From Catajapyx aquilonaris (lineage: Eukaryota), in NCBI GenBank assembly GCA_000934665.2, contig JYFJ02000422.1, forward strand, positions 62,001-126,000: 64,000 nucleotides of DNA. The letters are read 5' to 3'. The notes beneath the pieces are model-generated. The model made no database searches. It was not told the origin of the DNA and worked only from the letters and a program-made list of their open reading frames with translations. Shown piece after piece: positions 61,401-64,000 of the stretch. Both the position numbers and the translations under genes were made by a program. Positions within the stretch are counted from its first letter, which is position 1; the number at the start of each line of letters is the position of its first letter.

Positions 61401-64000
61401 ATCTCTCTTACCGTATTTTTGCTACTGCGCGCATATACTGTTCGGTATAGTATAACTGACTGTGAGTTGCGATAAATATAATATTAATGTTACATGAAAT
61501 GAATAATTTACGCATTGTTTGGCAAGGGAAATGATATTCTGAAAACCAGACCTGGCTAGTATTTACCGCATTCATTCGAATTACATATGAGATCAAAATG
61601 GCTTGCCTTCAGAGTTCAGACGTAAGTGAAAGGTTAATGAGAAAGTTAAGGAGTAACCCCCCCCCCGTGTTGCATTTCAGTGGGCAAAAGCGGGTCTGCT
61701 GTCAACCATTACTTATTTACATCCGACATGACCGCTTAATATTGGTTAGTCTATACTGTATGTCGATGGATCATTTTAAGAGTAGAAAGACTTTTTTTTT
61801 CATTCGTTGTGATAGCGGTATATAGCGGTATTGGCCGTAAACGAAATGACCAATAATTATCAATTCCTCATATTCCTGCATATGTTATCACGGAGAAAAT
61901 ATCGACATGAATGTTAACATGAATGTTAAGGTCTCCGCAAATGTGACCTTCGAGAGCAGAAGACGATATATGTTCAAAGTGTCGTCCCTGAGCCAACCAT
62001 CAGCATTATGCTTACTTAGGAGGATGACTTGCAGAGAGGCCAGGGAAACAAAGTGTATTGGAAATATTCCGACGTAAAAGATCTGGAATCTGGCGTATAT
62101 ATTCATGAGCCATATTGAGAAAGGTCGCATTAGCAAACAAGTCGAGGTTTTTAACCAATGACCAGAAGGTGGACAAATTTCCACGAGCGCATATTTTCGT
62201 ACTGTATATCTGGGGATGGCGTCGTGTTGACTCGAAGAGTCGGAGCAAGGACAGCGTTTGCATTTGCATTGCACACCGACTTCCTGTGGAGGAAGACATG
62301 TGAAACCACGAGAGAGATTGACATGACCTTCCCCACTGCTACTTGATAAGCAGAGGTAGACAACTATCTTGGCCATCTGCAAGTCTATAGTGACCCACGT
62401 CCCTCCTGCTTTAAATGGCATCATCGCTTATTATTATTGGATGACCTATGCGTCTGGACCGAAACGAATTCTCCGTCCTTACTATGGAAGCAGTCGATTT
62501 GGGAACATTCTAGACGCGAGTACCATACCGTCATTTTGATAAACTGCGAAGATTCAGTTAGCACACCTGCAATGTTTTTTCACATTTATTATCATGTACG
62601 TACAACTTGCGATATGGTTCGCATTTTAAAAGTGTAAATAACAAATCATAAATAAAATTTAGTATTATGACAGCATTTTAAAGATTGCAATTATCTGTAC
62701 CGGTACCTCAAAATTGAAAATCATTTAATCTTCTAGTGCCAAATTGAGTGGAATATGCGAATACCACCCTCAGTACCAGTATTGCATCAGTTACGTGGCC
62801 GAGGAGTATCAAGAGGCCTCGTTATACTTTACATAGCGTATAGTGAGTAGCATACAGGTCATCTTGCACAATGAGCGTTTCTCACATTCCAAAATGAGAG
62901 TGGGAAAGGTATCTAATGATTTCGCAGGGAATAGCATAGCAGTCGACACACTGGAAGTTATATTATGTGGCATCATAAAATCATATCGATGTTGGCTATA
63001 GAGCAAATATTGTGCCTTCTAGCTAGATCATGACGACCTACCCTCGACCTGTGTTTTTTAAAGTCTACTGTCACTTCTGAGGACAAGATTCCAGATTGAA
63101 GGTCTTTTCTCTGGCTTTGGCAGCGAAGATCACGGTTTTTTTTCCGTAAATGTTCATTTCTGCATCATCTGAGGCTGAGTTATATAGGGGTTGGCGCATT
63201 GCCCATGACTTCAGTTCAATAGTTTTTTTTCCCCAGCAGACCGCGAAATATGCGATACTGGTAAACTCTCATGTTGATGTACTGTAAATAGTTGAGGCAC
63301 ACGGGGAAAAAACCAATAAGACTCATCCACTTAATTATCTAAGTCAGATGTCTAAAAACTACTGCGATGTAGCCTAAACAGTGCAGTAAAACAAAATTTT
63401 GACGACGTTGTATTAGGCGCAGATCAGGCAGCACAAATCAATTATACTAATACAGTATACAGTACTATACTTATTTCCGCGATACCTCATTACTTGCGAG
63501 TTTACATGGATTGCCTATTTTTGCATCTTTTCAAGTTCTCAGCCCTTGTGCCTTGAGAAACTGAGAAAGTAATAATCTTCTGGCCGCTTCTGGCACCATG
63601 GTGTAACCCGTACTGTACAAAGTCGTGTAGGTAGCACCAATCTGCTTATTACATATTGCTGAAGGTCGTAGTGCCTTGAAATATATGCATCATGAGGAGT
63701 CACTGTATCAATATCCATTTTTTTGCCTAAGCGAGGACGATTTATTGATATCATGCAACCTTTTCAATAGGTCAACAAACTATATGTCGTATAATATATT
63801 TATGCAGCATTATCTCATGGACGTTTTCCAGAATATGACCAGCATCATTCCACTGGTTATTTATGCGACTGTATATAATAATTTATGTAGCATAACCGTG
63901 CAAGTATTTTTAAATGTAAGTAACTGAGATTTTTCATTGTCATCAGTTTTGTTCCTCTATCAAGATTAGTTTCTTAGGGGTTGTACGTAATGTTTTGCCC

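Noticed and set aside
1..64000. CRISPR arrays, operons, prokaryotic defence systems, homeobox exons, rRNA or snRNA genes
   Set aside because: By eye I found no regularly spaced repeats, gene-dense ORF runs, WFQNRR-type exons or recognisable structural RNA sequences. Short or divergent exons could have been missed.

Overview
This is eukaryotic, moderately AT-rich (about 40% GC by eye), largely non-coding DNA. CpG is not visibly depleted, and there are homopolymer tracts and microsatellites. It looks like a large intergenic region or intron of an invertebrate animal; a deuterostome such as an echinoderm is plausible but cannot be established. None of the supplied ORFs (maximum 179 aa) encodes a recognisable protein, and I found no rRNA, intact tRNA, CRISPR array or prokaryotic system. 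Well-supported features are: a full-length tRNA-derived V-domain-type SINE with a 12-bp TSD (24507-24764, minus strand), a second probable tRNA-headed SINE (about 44029-44300), a 118-bp foldback element with two perfect CRE sites (9870-9987), an old Tc1/mariner-like foldback MITE (44819-45189), a pre-miRNA-sized hairpin (58395-58457) and an (ATG)22 compound microsatellite. The most notable window-wide signal is a repeated, clustered set of IRF/PRDM1-type (GAAAGTGAAA), NF-kB, STAT and CSL motifs in GC-richer islands. This suggests an extended signal-inducible cis-regulatory landscape for a gene outside the window. Several candidate short exons or smORFs and a 3-nt microexon-like signal are reported at low confidence. 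I did not find convincing evidence of a new biological system.
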